Shown: in pieces, positions 1 through 10,685 of the stretch
Numbering within the stretch: the first letter of the stretch is position 1
How the letters are laid out: each line of letters begins with the position of its first letter
Assembly: GCA_049860595.1 (NCBI GenBank)
Contig: CP187551.1
Direction: 5' to 3' (one strand)
Length of the DNA stretch: 64,000 nucleotides
Origin: Methanocaldococcus sp. 16A
GTDB lineage: Archaea; AGJL01; Methanococci; Methanococcales; Methanocaldococcaceae
Translations under genes and position numbers: made by a program
The notes under the pieces: model-generated
Told to the model about the DNA's origin: nothing
The model's input: only the letters and a program-made list of their open reading frames with translations
Database searches by the model: none

Positions 1-2
1 AT

Positions 3-752
3 GATGAAGGAAATCCAATTGGAATGGTTACTGAAGTTGATATACTAAAGAAAATCTTTAAACCAAAGAAAAAAATGACTGTTGGTGAATTTAAAGGAGA
101 AAAAGTTCCAAGAATGGGTCAGCCAGTTAAATTAATTATGAACTCTCCACTAATTACAGTTGATGTTGATGCAAGTGCTGCAGATGCTGCAAGAGTTATG
201 CAGGAATATGATATTAGGGGGGTTCCTGTTGTTAAAGGCAAATCTTTAAGAGGAATTGTTACAAGATTAGATATTATAAAATACATTGCTGACTTAAAGA
301 AAGGAGCAATGATTGAAGTTGAATTACATGGAATGCTTGACCCTGAATTTAAAGACCTTGCTGAGAGAATTATCGCAACAGAAGTTAAGAAGATGATTAA
401 GCATGCAGGAAAAATCCACTGGATAAAGATAACCATTAAAAAAGATAGGGATAAAGGAGGGGTCCCATACTACAGAATAACAACCTACGTTAAAACACCA
501 AACAAATTGTATGTTGGAGAAGGTAGACCTAAAGCTTCATTACCAAACAAATTAAAGGCAGAAGGTGAAGATATAGAATACACTTCAGAACATGAAAGAT
601 GGGAATTCATTGACATATTAAAAGAATCATTAGAATCAGTATTAAGACAGTTAGAAGCTGATTTTGAAAAACACCACCCAAAATATGCTGGTAGAGTAAT
701 TAAAGGTCAGATTCCTGAAGAATTTAACCCAGAAGAGTTTAAAAGAGATTAA
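3..752 (+). CDS. CBS-domain protein with C-terminal HPF/RaiA-like domain (5'-truncated by window edge)
   Basis: Frame is open from position 3 (DEGNPIGMVTEVD). CBS motifs (IRGVPVVKGKSLRGIVTRLD) are followed by a beta-alpha-beta-beta-beta-alpha-like tail. Confidence 0.8.
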   Translation, partial: DEGNPIGMVTEVDILKKIFKPKKKMTVGEFKGEKVPRMGQPVKLIMNSPLITVDVDASAADAARVMQEYDIRGVPVVKGKSLRGIVTRLDIIKYIADLKKGAMIEVELHGMLDPEFKDLAERIIATEVKKMIKHAGKIHWIKITIKKDRDKGGVPYYRITTYVKTPNKLYVGEGRPKASLPNKLKAEGEDIEYTSEHERWEFIDILKESLESVLRQLEADFEKHHPKYAGRVIKGQIPEEFNPEEFKRD

Positions 753-815
753 GTCAATTTATTTTATTTTATTATTTTAATTATTTTGTTTAATTTTTAA
801 TCTGAATAGTATTAA

Positions 816-1265
816 GTGATTTTTATGAACGAGTTAAAGGTAAAGAGAATTGCAAATGGGACAGTTATAGACCATATAGATGCAGGAAAAGCATTAATAG
901 TTTTTAAGGTTTTAAATGTCCCAAAAGAAACTTCTGTAATGATAGCTATAAATGTCCCATCAAAAAAGAAAGGGAAGAAAGATATTTTAAAAATTGAGGG
1001 CATTGAACTAAAAAAAGAAGATGTAGATAAAATATCCCTAATTTCTCCAGATGTAACTATCAATATCATTAGAAATTGTAAAGTGGTTAAAAAATTAAAA
1101 CCTCAAATTCCAGACAATATAGAGGGAATATTAAAATGTACAAACCCTAACTGCATAACCAATAAAGAAAAAATTAGAGGAAAATTTAAAATAGAGAGTA
1201 AAAACCCATTAAAGATTAGATGTTATTATTGTGAGAAGTTTTTAAATGAAGTGGTTTTTGAATGA
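816..1265 (+). CDS. pyrI: Aspartate carbamoyltransferase regulatory subunit
   Basis: NGTVIDHI, KDILKIE, Zn site CTNPNCIT...CYYCE. Confidence 0.97.
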   Translation: MIFMNELKVKRIANGTVIDHIDAGKALIVFKVLNVPKETSVMIAINVPSKKKGKKDILKIEGIELKKEDVDKISLISPDVTINIIRNCKVVKKLKPQIPDNIEGILKCTNPNCITNKEKIRGKFKIESKNPLKIRCYYCEKFLNEVVFE

Positions 1266-1285
1266 TAATAATTTAAAGGGAGAGT

Positions 1286-1672
1286 ATGGAATTAAAAGGA
1301 AGGAGTATTTCGAAAGGAGTTATTGAAGGAATAGCAATCGTTTCAAAAAAACCATTCTCTTTTTTAGGGGGTGTTGATAAAGAAGGAAATATTATTGATA
1401 AAGACAGTGATTTATATGGGCAATCCTTAAAAGGAAAAATTTTCGTCTTTCCTTATGGTAGAGGAAGCACGGTAGGTTCTTATGTAATTTATGGTTTAGC
1501 AAAGAAAGGGATATTAAAGGGAATAGTTAATAAAGAATGTGAGCCAATAGTTGCTACTGGAGCTATTTTAGGGGGGATTCCATTAGTTGATAAAATAGAG
1601 ATAGAGAAAATAAAAACTGGAGATAGGATTGTTGTTGATGGAAATAAAGGAGTTGTGAAAATTTTAAGATAA
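1286..1672 (+). CDS. DUF126 / aconitase X swiveling-domain protein (probable phosphomevalonate dehydratase small subunit)
   Basis: FSFLGGVD, GRGSTVGSYV, EPIVATGAIL motifs. Confidence 0.85.
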   Translation: MELKGRSISKGVIEGIAIVSKKPFSFLGGVDKEGNIIDKDSDLYGQSLKGKIFVFPYGRGSTVGSYVIYGLAKKGILKGIVNKECEPIVATGAILGGIPLVDKIEIEKIKTGDRIVVDGNKGVVKILR

Positions 1673-1761
1673 TATCAAATAACAAAGTATGAATGAATAT
1701 TGATTTTTAAATTTTAGGTTTAGTTTATAATCTATTTTAAAAACTTTTTTGGTGATAATTT

Positions 1762-2793
1762 ATGAGTAGAGATGCTAATCCATTCAAAAAAATGCCAACA
1801 ATCTTAATGCCTGATGAATTGATGGCTAAAGCTTTAAGAAGAGGAGAAAAAGTTGCAAATGAGATGAGAAAAAAAGAATTGCCCTGGCTATTGAAAGCAA
1901 GATTTGTGGAAGAACATAAAGTAAGAACAATAGCCTCAGTTGTTGCTGATAACTTACAAAAAGTTATAGATAAAACTCCCCCTGTAAGGAAATTACCTAA
2001 ATTTTATCAGGAGATGGTTGAAGTTTTAGTAGGAATAGATGATTTCAAAAAATCTATGGGAGCATTTAAATGGGCATCTGAATTAGTTAGAAAATTAGGT
2101 AATGAATATGCAAGAAAAATTAGAAAAGCAAGAACTCCACAACAGGCAGGAAAATTAAGGAAGGAATTTGTTGGTAGGGTTAAATCTATATTAAAACAGA
2201 TACATCCAGAGATGGCGTTTGTTGCTGTAGCAAGAGAGAAGTTAAAAGATTTGCCAACATTCAAAGACCTTCCAACTGTTGTTATTGCAGGTTATCCAAA
2301 TGTTGGTAAATCAACATTACTAAAAAAACTTACTGGAGCTGATGTTGAAATAAATAGCTATCCTTTCACAACTAAGGGAATAAATGTTGGTTATATGGGA
2401 GAGATTCAGATGGTTGATACTCCTGGATTGTTAGATAGACCTTTATATGAAAGGAACGATATTGAGTTGCAGGCTATTTTAGCTCTCAACTATTTGGCTA
2501 ATTTAATTTTATTTATAATAGATGCCAGTGAATTTTGTGGTTATACTATAGATGAGCAAATAAATCTATTAAAAGAAATAAAAGAGTTGTTTAAAGCCCC
2601 CATTGTTGTAGCCATAAATAAAATTGATTTAGTGGATGAAGAAAGAATAAAAGAAATTGAAGAGAAATTAAAAGAAGTAGGAATTGAAAAAATATTAAAA
2701 ATCTCTGCTGATAAAGGTGTTGGATTGGAAGAATTAAATAACTCACTTCATAACCTTATTATTCAACAACTCAGAGAGCATGACTTCAACTGA
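1762..2793 (+). CDS. NOG1-family GTP-binding protein
   Basis: GYPNVGKS, YPFTT, DTPGLLDRP, NKID motifs with a helical N-terminal domain. Confidence 0.95.
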   Translation: MSRDANPFKKMPTILMPDELMAKALRRGEKVANEMRKKELPWLLKARFVEEHKVRTIASVVADNLQKVIDKTPPVRKLPKFYQEMVEVLVGIDDFKKSMGAFKWASELVRKLGNEYARKIRKARTPQQAGKLRKEFVGRVKSILKQIHPEMAFVAVAREKLKDLPTFKDLPTVVIAGYPNVGKSTLLKKLTGADVEINSYPFTTKGINVGYMGEIQMVDTPGLLDRPLYERNDIELQAILALNYLANLILFIIDASEFCGYTIDEQINLLKEIKELFKAPIVVAINKIDLVDEERIKEIEEKLKEVGIEKILKISADKGVGLEELNNSLHNLIIQQLREHDFN

Positions 2794-4146
2794 ATAAGCA
2801 GCTCTTGTAATTCCCATACTTCTTGGGTCTGCATCAGTTCCAACAATATAAAAACTGTCATTTATTTTTGGATAAACAAAAAACTGTCCTATACAGCAAG
2901 ATGCCTGCTCAGGAATTGCCTTCTGTATATGCAAAAAATCAACTTTATCAACGTCTATATTTAAATATTTTTCAATAGCTTCATAAGCCTCTTTCTCTGT
3001 TTTATTGACAAATGAAACTCCTATCAATGCTTTACCTTTAGGGGCTAAGGATTTATCGTAATTGGTTATACACTTTGCCCATGCAGGTGGGTCTATCCAA
3101 ATCTCTGAACCTTTGTATTTTAAAGAATTTTTTTCTTCATCAATACCAAACCACACAGTTAGTGAGTTTGTGAATTTTATATTTCTTAGACATTTCTCCA
3201 ATTTTTTTATTTCGTCAATATTTTTTGCAATATCAGGGAGAGTTCTTGAAGGTGCTGAAAAGCAAATAATATCAACAACATAGTTATCTTCATTTGTTTC
3301 AATAACATAACCATTTTCTTTATCATTCTTTTCAATTGATGTAACTTCTTCATACCTTATTGTTGTATTTTCTAAGGAGTTTAGTATGCAGTTGGTTATT
3401 GATTGAATCCCTCCAAGTGGATAACCTTGGGTAGAATATCTCTCTCCACTTATGAATTTTGATATATAGTTTTTAGAGCCATCCTTTATAGTTCTTAGAA
3501 ATCCTTTTGATAATATACTCTTTATCCTTTCAGGATTAATTTTTTTTGTTAATATTGACTTCATTGGATTTATCTTAGAATCTTTGTAAATAAAAGGTAG
3601 TATATCATCTTCAGGAATGTATCCAGCTCCTGTAAATAACCTCCACAATGGTGTATTTTCCATACTCTCTCCAGATAAAAAATAGGAAATTGTGTCAAAA
3701 AATTTTAATGACACTTCACTTAATCCCAAAGTTTTTACTACATCATAAACTGATGTTTCTTTCTCAAAACCTGTGCTCATTAAATCCATTATCTTTGTAG
3801 TAATCAATATCTTATCTTTATGTGGAATTATAGGTGTTGTTAGCCATTCTTGTAAAGAAACAGGTATTTTATGTAGTTCGTTATTCAATCTTATGTAGTA
3901 ATCACCATAAGGTCTAAAATTTGGTAAATATTTAGAATATTTTTTTAACAACCTTATTAAAGGCCCGTTATTTAGCATGGTTATTGCATGAACTCCAATA
4001 TCAACTTGATAACCATTTATTTTTTCACTCCTGCATAAACCACCTATTTTATCTTTCTCAAATAACATAACCTCATAACCTTCTCTCTCTAAAGATAAGG
4101 CACTTAAAAGCCCTGATATTCCCCCACCAACAATCCCCACTCTCAT
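2743..4146 (-). CDS. FAD-dependent oxidoreductase, phytoene desaturase-like
   Basis: N-terminal GIVGGGISGL...E...GG..RS and GYQVDIGVH Rossmann motifs; GYPLGG motif. Confidence 0.8.
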   Translation of the reverse strand: MRVGIVGGGISGLLSALSLEREGYEVMLFEKDKIGGLCRSEKINGYQVDIGVHAITMLNNGPLIRLLKKYSKYLPNFRPYGDYYIRLNNELHKIPVSLQEWLTTPIIPHKDKILITTKIMDLMSTGFEKETSVYDVVKTLGLSEVSLKFFDTISYFLSGESMENTPLWRLFTGAGYIPEDDILPFIYKDSKINPMKSILTKKINPERIKSILSKGFLRTIKDGSKNYISKFISGERYSTQGYPLGGIQSITNCILNSLENTTIRYEEVTSIEKNDKENGYVIETNEDNYVVDIICFSAPSRTLPDIAKNIDEIKKLEKCLRNIKFTNSLTVWFGIDEEKNSLKYKGSEIWIDPPAWAKCITNYDKSLAPKGKALIGVSFVNKTEKEAYEAIEKYLNIDVDKVDFLHIQKAIPEQASCCIGQFFVYPKINDSFYIVGTDADPRSMGITRAAYSVEVMLSELLNNKVMK

Positions 4147-4159
4147 AAAAATTCCTCAT

Positions 4160-4957
4160 TTATTCATTCTCTATTTCATTTATTAGGTTTAAAGACTCAG
4201 TATCTCCATATTTACTTGCAATATCCTTAATTTTTTCAAGAACTTTTGGTTTTTTATTGGTTAATTTTTTCAATTCCTTGCAGTATTTTATTATATCTTT
4301 ATATCCAACCTCTAAGAATTTACTTTTGAATCTTGATAACTCGTAAGCCAAAAGCCCTCTTAATACATCATCATTTGAGAATAAGAATACTGGATGAATC
4401 CAGATTATTATTCTTTCATCATCCTTTTCCACAAAGTTTTCAATTTTATTCACATCCATAAATACATCAATATAGACAGAAATTTCTTCTTCAACATCAA
4501 TTTCCTCTAATAGTTCTTCAAGAATCTCATTCATCTTTGTATCAAACTCTATAATTTTTTCATCCAATTCATCATCTTCCAACTCCATCCACTTTAGCAT
4601 CCTCTCTTTAAACTCTATGGTTGTATCGTTTGATGGGTAGATTATTGAGTATTCATCTGCCTCAAACTTATATTCTTTACTTGCTCTTGAAGATAGATTT
4701 ATTATCATCAAACCATCATCTAAGTTTTTTAAATTAATGCTTTTTAGTTTATATTTCCTCATCTCCACATCAAAATCTTCCAAATTCTCAAAATCATCCA
4801 AATTCCTAATATAAGCTTTTTCTCCGTTTTTTCCTTTTAGGTAGAATCCTTTAAATTCAATGTCTGCCAAATCTCCTCTAATTACATCCTTTGAAAATTC
4901 ATCTAAGTTTTTGTAAATATCTAATAAAATTTTTTGAGCCAATTCTTTTGCTTTCAT
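4160..4957 (-). CDS. Conserved hypothetical protein
   Basis: 265 aa ORF with GGTGG RBS; acidic; no catalytic motif recognised. Confidence 0.75.
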   Translation of the reverse strand: MKAKELAQKILLDIYKNLDEFSKDVIRGDLADIEFKGFYLKGKNGEKAYIRNLDDFENLEDFDVEMRKYKLKSINLKNLDDGLMIINLSSRASKEYKFEADEYSIIYPSNDTTIEFKERMLKWMELEDDELDEKIIEFDTKMNEILEELLEEIDVEEEISVYIDVFMDVNKIENFVEKDDERIIIWIHPVFLFSNDDVLRGLLAYELSRFKSKFLEVGYKDIIKYCKELKKLTNKKPKVLEKIKDIASKYGDTESLNLINEIENE

Positions 4958-5042
4958 TATTCCACCTATTAAATTTAAATTAATGATATAATCAATAATG
5001 GCAATGCAAATATTTAAATCGTCTATTTTTTAATGTCCTTAG

Positions 5043-5522
5043 CTATCCCCCCTCTCTCAAATACCATCCCTTATCCTTTATATTTTTAATCATCTTTCCA
5101 TCTAAGAATCCAATTCCCAAAAATTCTCTATTTTTATTAAAAATAGCTATTCTTCCAGAGCCTTTAACCTCTATAATTGATTCTTTAAATATGTCTCTTC
5201 CATACAAAAACAATGTTTCTCCCTTTTCATTTACAATTGCATAATTATTTATTATATGTTGGGATATTAATGTAAATCCCTCTAAGGATAATCTAAATTT
5301 CCTCTTAATCTCACCAAAAACATTACCTACTGAAAATATCTCATGAAACATATTTAAATTTCTTATTGTTTGTTTATTTGCATAACAAACAGTTAGCCAT
5401 TTCCCTTCCAAAATTGCTAAATTTTCATAATCAAAATTTTTAACAAAATCTTCATTGGTGTATTTGCTTAATTCCTCTTTTATTAAATTAATTTCTCTTT
5501 TTTTTAGTTCTCTAACTTTCAT
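5043..5522 (-). CDS. NIP7-like PUA-domain ribosome biogenesis protein
   Basis: LFLYGRDIF and [11 protein letters not shown]-terminus. Confidence 0.88.
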   Translation of the reverse strand: MKVRELKKREINLIKEELSKYTNEDFVKNFDYENLAILEGKWLTVCYANKQTIRNLNMFHEIFSVGNVFGEIKRKFRLSLEGFTLISQHIINNYAIVNEKGETLFLYGRDIFKESIIEVKGSGRIAIFNKNREFLGIGFLDGKMIKNIKDKGWYLREGG

Positions 5523-5743
5523 AATCCCACAGTGATGATAGAGGTACTTAAGCTTTTTATTATAGGACTTTCGCAGGAGTAAACTAATAAGGTATCTTTA
5601 TATATTTAGGGATTATTATAAATTACGAAAATTCCATATTAGTTATTGAAAATAGATAAATTTAATTATTTCAATATTTTGTATTTTAATAAAAAGATTT
5701 TTTGTTGTTGAATAATTTTTTCAAATTAATAAAAAAGAAATAT

Positions 5744-7590
5744 ATTTCATACCGTATCGGTCTGATTTTAATACTCCTCCAAAATCCTTCAGTTTCATCA
5801 TGAATCTCATTTCCATACCGAATCGGTCTGATTTTAATCTCCAGTCCTTTTTTGTTTATTGGCCTCCTCCAATAATTTCCATACCGAATCGGTCTGATTT
5901 TAATGATTACAATAGCGCAAAAATAAACTTAAAAAAATGACTAAAAATTTCCATACCGAATCGGTCTGATTTTAATTTTCTATAATCAACAATAAGCTTA
6001 GCTTTCTTCACATTATTTCCATACCGAATCGGTCTGATTTTAATACCATTTCGTAGTTTTTAGCTATTTTGTAATACTTATTTCCATACCGAATCGGTCT
6101 GATTTTAATTTACAATTTTGGGAGGATGTTTGTAATTATAAAAGAATATTTCCATACCGAATCGGTCTGATTTTAATGTATCCATTTCTTTAATCTCATT
6201 AATTGTTGCTAAAATATTTCCATACCGAATCGGTCTGATTTTAATCAAGATGCAATATCTCAAAATGCTGTGCAAGTGGATTTCCATACCGAATCGGTCT
6301 GATTTTAATTTAATATTCAACTCCATTCCATTCATTAACCTCCTCTATTTCCATACCGAATCGGTCTGATTTTAATCAAGATGCAATATCTCAAAATGCT
6401 GTGCAAGTGGATTTCCATACCGAATCGGTCTGATTTTAATTTAATATTCAACTCCATTCCATTCATTAACCTCCTCTATTTCCATACCGAATCGGTCTGA
6501 TTTTAATCAAGCAATAGCAAGTGGTTCAATTGATATTAGAGCTATTTCCATACCGAATCGGTCTGATTTTAATATTATTGATTGTGTTGGGTCTTGCTGC
6601 TGTCCTTGTGTTGCATTTCCATACCGAATCGGTCTGATTTTAATAGATAAAAGAATGTTCAATGACAAAGAAACATCAGTAAATTTCCATACCGAATCGG
6701 TCTGATTTTAATTTGTATCCAAACTTGTTCCATTAAAATCATCAAAAAACATTTCCATACCGAATCGGTCTGATTTTAATAGAAACTAATACATAACCTT
6801 CTTTGAGCCTTTCTATTTCCATACCGAATCGGTCTGATTTTAATTAAAGATATAGGTTATTTGACATGGTGGGGAGAACAATTAATATTTCCATACCGAA
6901 TCGGTCTGATTTTAATTTTTAATATTATTTTAATATTATATACAATATACCTATTTCCATACCGAATCGGTCTGATTTTAATGGAGGTGGTCAATAATGG
7001 CTTTTGGATTGGAAAGAAGTCAATTTCCATACCGAATCGGTCTGATTTTAATATAAAGAAGAACTTGAAGAGCTTTTAAAAGGGCTTCCATTTCCATACC
7101 GAATCGGTCTGATTTTAATCATTGTTGATTTTATAAGAATTGTAATTTATATTTGTATTATTTCCATACCGAATCGGTCTGATTTTAATAGTCTTATGAG
7201 GATTAATGCAACAATAATTGCAAGATTTCCATACCGAATCGGTCTGATTTTAATACATTTTTTAGCAATCTCTATTATCTCTTTTTCCAAATTTCCATAC
7301 CGAATCGGTCTGATTTTAATTCCTCTTTGCTAATTTCTCAATTTTTTCAATATCTTCATTTCCATACCGAATCGGTCTGATTTTAATTTCCTTATTTGAC
7401 TGCATAAACCACAACCTCCCAAAGATTTCCATACCGAATCGGTCTGATTTTAATACATTTTTTAGCAATCTCTATTATCTCTTTTTCCAAATTTCCATAC
7501 CGAATCGGTCTGATTTTAATTTAAAGTATTTAGCATAATATCATTTCAGTAATTATGAAAATTTCCATACCGAATCGGTCTGATTTTAAT
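5744..7590 (-). CRISPR. CRISPR array, 28 repeats / 27 spacers; 30 bp repeat ATTTCCATACCGAATCGGTCTGATTTTAAT (+ strand)
   Basis: Exact repeats from 5809 to 7590 with ~34-42 bp spacers. The degenerate repeat at 5744-5772 (1 deletion, 1 substitution) marks the trailer end, so transcription is inferred on the minus strand. Confidence 0.99.
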
Positions 7591-7950
7591 AGGTAGCATT
7601 TTTTGAATTAATTGAAATTAGTCTTTTTTAAATCTTTATTTTATAGGGGATTTATTACAACTCCCTAATTACTTGTTTTGTTTATATACCCAAACTAATA
7701 TATATACTTTATGACATTATGATAATTAGCATAATAAAAACTTTTTAACTAAAAAACCAAATTATCCATTGGGGAAATCTCAATCTAAAGATAATTACTA
7801 AAAATCTAATAAAAATCTTATTAATTCAATATATCCAAATAAATAAAATATCTAAAATAAGCTATCCTTAAAAATTAGTTAAAAACTCTTAAATCTAAAA
7901 AATAAGTTTTTAAAAATCTTATAATTAAGAATAAAAATTTTTTAGTGAGA
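7591..7950 (-). promoter_or_regulatory. CRISPR leader
   Basis: AT-rich non-coding region abutting the intact terminal repeat; TATA-like AAAGTATATATA on the minus strand near 7698-7710; outer boundary approximate. Confidence 0.75.
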
Positions 7951-7973
7951 TAAATGTCACTTAAATATACAAA

Positions 7974-9155
7974 TTATTCAATTTTAACTGCATGGGCACA
8001 TTTTTCAGCTAACTCTCTTGCTTTCTCTACGGAATCAGCGTAAGCTAAAGCAACACCCATCCTTCTACCAACTTTTGCATTTGGCTTACCAAACAATCTT
8101 AACTTAGTATTTGGCACTTTTAAAGCTTCTTCTATATGATATTTTGGAGCGTATTTGTTAATATCAGCTTTTATCACATGGCTTGCTCCTGGATGAATAA
8201 GATTTGTTGATACTGGCAACCCTAATATAGCTCTAACGTGAATCTCGAATTCACTCATCTCTTGGGTAATCATTGTAACCATTCCTGTATCATGAGGTCT
8301 TGGTGAAACCTCGCTGAATATAACCTCATCTCCTTTAACAAACAACTCAACTCCAAAGATTCCATATCCTCCTAATGCATCAGTAACCTTTTTGGCTATA
8401 TCTTGAGCTTGTTCTTTTAATTCATCAGGCATATCGTGAGGTTGCCAACTTTCGTGGTAGTCTCCATCTATTTGGATATGCCCTATTGGCTCACAAAACT
8501 TAGTTCCTTCAGCAGTTCTCGCAGTTAATAGGGTGATCTCATAATCAAAGTTTATAAACTCTTCTACAATAACTCTATTTCCTATTCCCCTTGCCCCTTC
8601 TTTTGCAATTATCCAAGCTTTTTCTATATCCTCTTCTTTTTTAATTACACTCTGCCCCTTTCCAGATGAAGACATGATTGGTTTTACAACACAAGGCAAG
8701 CCAAGTTTTTCTACTGCCTCTTTCAACTCTTCTAATGAATCTGCAAATTCATATTTGGCAGTTCTTAATTTCAATTTTTCAGCTGCTAATCTTCTTATTA
8801 ACTCTCTATTCATGGTTATTTTTGTTGCTTCAGCTGTTGGAATAACAGTATAACCCATTTTTTCAGCATCTATTAATGCATCTGTATTTATTGCTTCAAT
8901 TTCAGGAACAATGTAATCTGGCTCTTCCTTCTCAATAATTGCCATCAACGCATCATAATCTTTCATATCAATAACATAGCTTTTGTGAGCTACTTGCATA
9001 GCTGGGGCATTTTGGTATCTATCTACTGCTATACACTCAACCCCTAATCTTTGAGCTTCAATAACTACTTCTTTTCCTAATTCACCACTACCTAACAACA
9101 AAAATTTTACACTACCCTTCAAAAGGGGTGTCCCAATTGCCATAAATTCCACCAA
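7974..9155 (-). CDS. purT: Formate-dependent phosphoribosylglycinamide formyltransferase
   Basis: [32 protein letters not shown]. Confidence 0.97.
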   Translation of the reverse strand: MVEFMAIGTPLLKGSVKFLLLGSGELGKEVVIEAQRLGVECIAVDRYQNAPAMQVAHKSYVIDMKDYDALMAIIEKEEPDYIVPEIEAINTDALIDAEKMGYTVIPTAEATKITMNRELIRRLAAEKLKLRTAKYEFADSLEELKEAVEKLGLPCVVKPIMSSSGKGQSVIKKEEDIEKAWIIAKEGARGIGNRVIVEEFINFDYEITLLTARTAEGTKFCEPIGHIQIDGDYHESWQPHDMPDELKEQAQDIAKKVTDALGGYGIFGVELFVKGDEVIFSEVSPRPHDTGMVTMITQEMSEFEIHVRAILGLPVSTNLIHPGASHVIKADINKYAPKYHIEEALKVPNTKLRLFGKPNAKVGRRMGVALAYADSVEKARELAEKCAHAVKIE

Positions 9156-9288
9156 AAAATTTTAGCTTATATACTTAACTATTAATAGAATACTTAATTA
9201 TATAGTTTTTCAAAATAAATACGAAAAATTTAAATATTATCTTACTTCATAAAATACGAATTGGCATAACTTTTAATGAGGTGATATT

Positions 9289-10527
9289 ATTAAAAAGATA
9301 ATTGCCCTGTTATTGGGGGCTATTCTCATAGGAAGCGTGTTTTTAGCAGGATGTACACAAAAACAAGAAGAAGAAAACGTTATTAAAGTTGGATTGTTGG
9401 TTGATTTATCCGGAGGTTTAGCAACCTATGGAAACAATGAAAAGCATATCTGTGAAATTGCTGAAGAGAAGATAAATAAATACTTTGAAGAGAAAGGAAT
9501 ACCTTACAAAGTTAAGCTCTATGTTGAAGACACAAAGGCAGACCCAAAAGTTTGTTTAGATAAAATGCAAGCACTTCATGCTCAGGGGATAAACTTTTTC
9601 TTAGGTCCAATGGCTAGTGGAGAAGTTAAGAACGTTAAAAACTTCGTAAATTCAAACAAACTTGTAATTATATCACCATCTTCTACAGCTCCACCGGAAG
9701 CTATTGGATGTGCTAAGCCAGAAGATAAAAAGTACATCTTTAGATTTGTCCCAACAGACAACTTCCAAGGAAATGCTATAGGTGATTTAGCTAAAGAACT
9801 TGGTTTAAAGAATGTTATTGTTATTTATAGAAAAGATGCATGGGGAGATGGTTTAGAGAAAGCTACTGTTGAGAAATTAAAAGCTAATGGAATAAATGTT
9901 ATAGATGAAATACCTTATGACCCTAACATTGGAGATTGGAGTCCAATAATTCAAACAGCAACAAATGACATTAGTGGAAAAGGAAATGATACAGGAATAA
10001 TATTCATTGGTTATGAAGAAGTTGCAACACTCTTGGCTCAGATAAAAGATGACTCACCTTTATTAAACTACAAGTGGGTTGGATGTGATGGAACAGCAAA
10101 CAGTAAAAAAGTTTTAGAAGAAGTTAAGAATAAAGCTGTAAAAGTTGGTTTATATTCAACAATGTTCCAATCAGAGACTGATGAAGCTGAAAAGATAAAA
10201 GAAGAATTTAAGAAGAGGGGTTATGGAGAACCAGACCAGTATGCATTAAACGTCTATGATGCATTTTGGGTTGGAGCTATTTCATATGCTGAAATGTTAC
10301 AAGAAGCTGGAAAATATGATGCTGATTTATTAGCTAAGAAGATAAAAGATAATGCAGTTAAATATTCAGAGGGTCAGTTTGGTGTTAAGTCAGTAACCGG
10401 ATACATAAAATTAAATGAATGGAATGATAGAGCAAGTGGAAACTATGGAATCTTTGCAGTAACAGAAGATGGATGGAAGTTGGTTGGAATATGGGACTCA
10501 ACCACTGGAAAAATCAGCTGGCAATAA
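9289..10527 (+). CDS. Branched-chain amino acid ABC transporter substrate-binding lipoprotein (copy 1)
   Basis: LAGC lipobox, ISPSSTA and FRFVPTD motifs. The start is placed at ATT 9289 from RBS spacing; the ORF track starts at 9313. Confidence 0.88.
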   Translation: MKKIIALLLGAILIGSVFLAGCTQKQEEENVIKVGLLVDLSGGLATYGNNEKHICEIAEEKINKYFEEKGIPYKVKLYVEDTKADPKVCLDKMQALHAQGINFFLGPMASGEVKNVKNFVNSNKLVIISPSSTAPPEAIGCAKPEDKKYIFRFVPTDNFQGNAIGDLAKELGLKNVIVIYRKDAWGDGLEKATVEKLKANGINVIDEIPYDPNIGDWSPIIQTATNDISGKGNDTGIIFIGYEEVATLLAQIKDDSPLLNYKWVGCDGTANSKKVLEEVKNKAVKVGLYSTMFQSETDEAEKIKEEFKKRGYGEPDQYALNVYDAFWVGAISYAEMLQEAGKYDADLLAKKIKDNAVKYSEGQFGVKSVTGYIKLNEWNDRASGNYGIFAVTEDGWKLVGIWDSTTGKISWQ

Positions 10528-10685
10528 ATTTAATTCAATTTTATAATTTTTTTAATTTTTGTTTTGTTTTTATAATGTTAACGTTCAATTCATTGAAATA
10601 AATTAATGGTTAAGCGAAAACTTTTAATAACCTATTTTAAAATAAATATACTCGGAAAACCATTTCCTCTATATAAGGTGATATC

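Noticed and set aside
6105-7079. ORFs 6105-6335 (-) and 6861-7079 (+)
   Set aside because: These are translations of CRISPR repeats and spacers.
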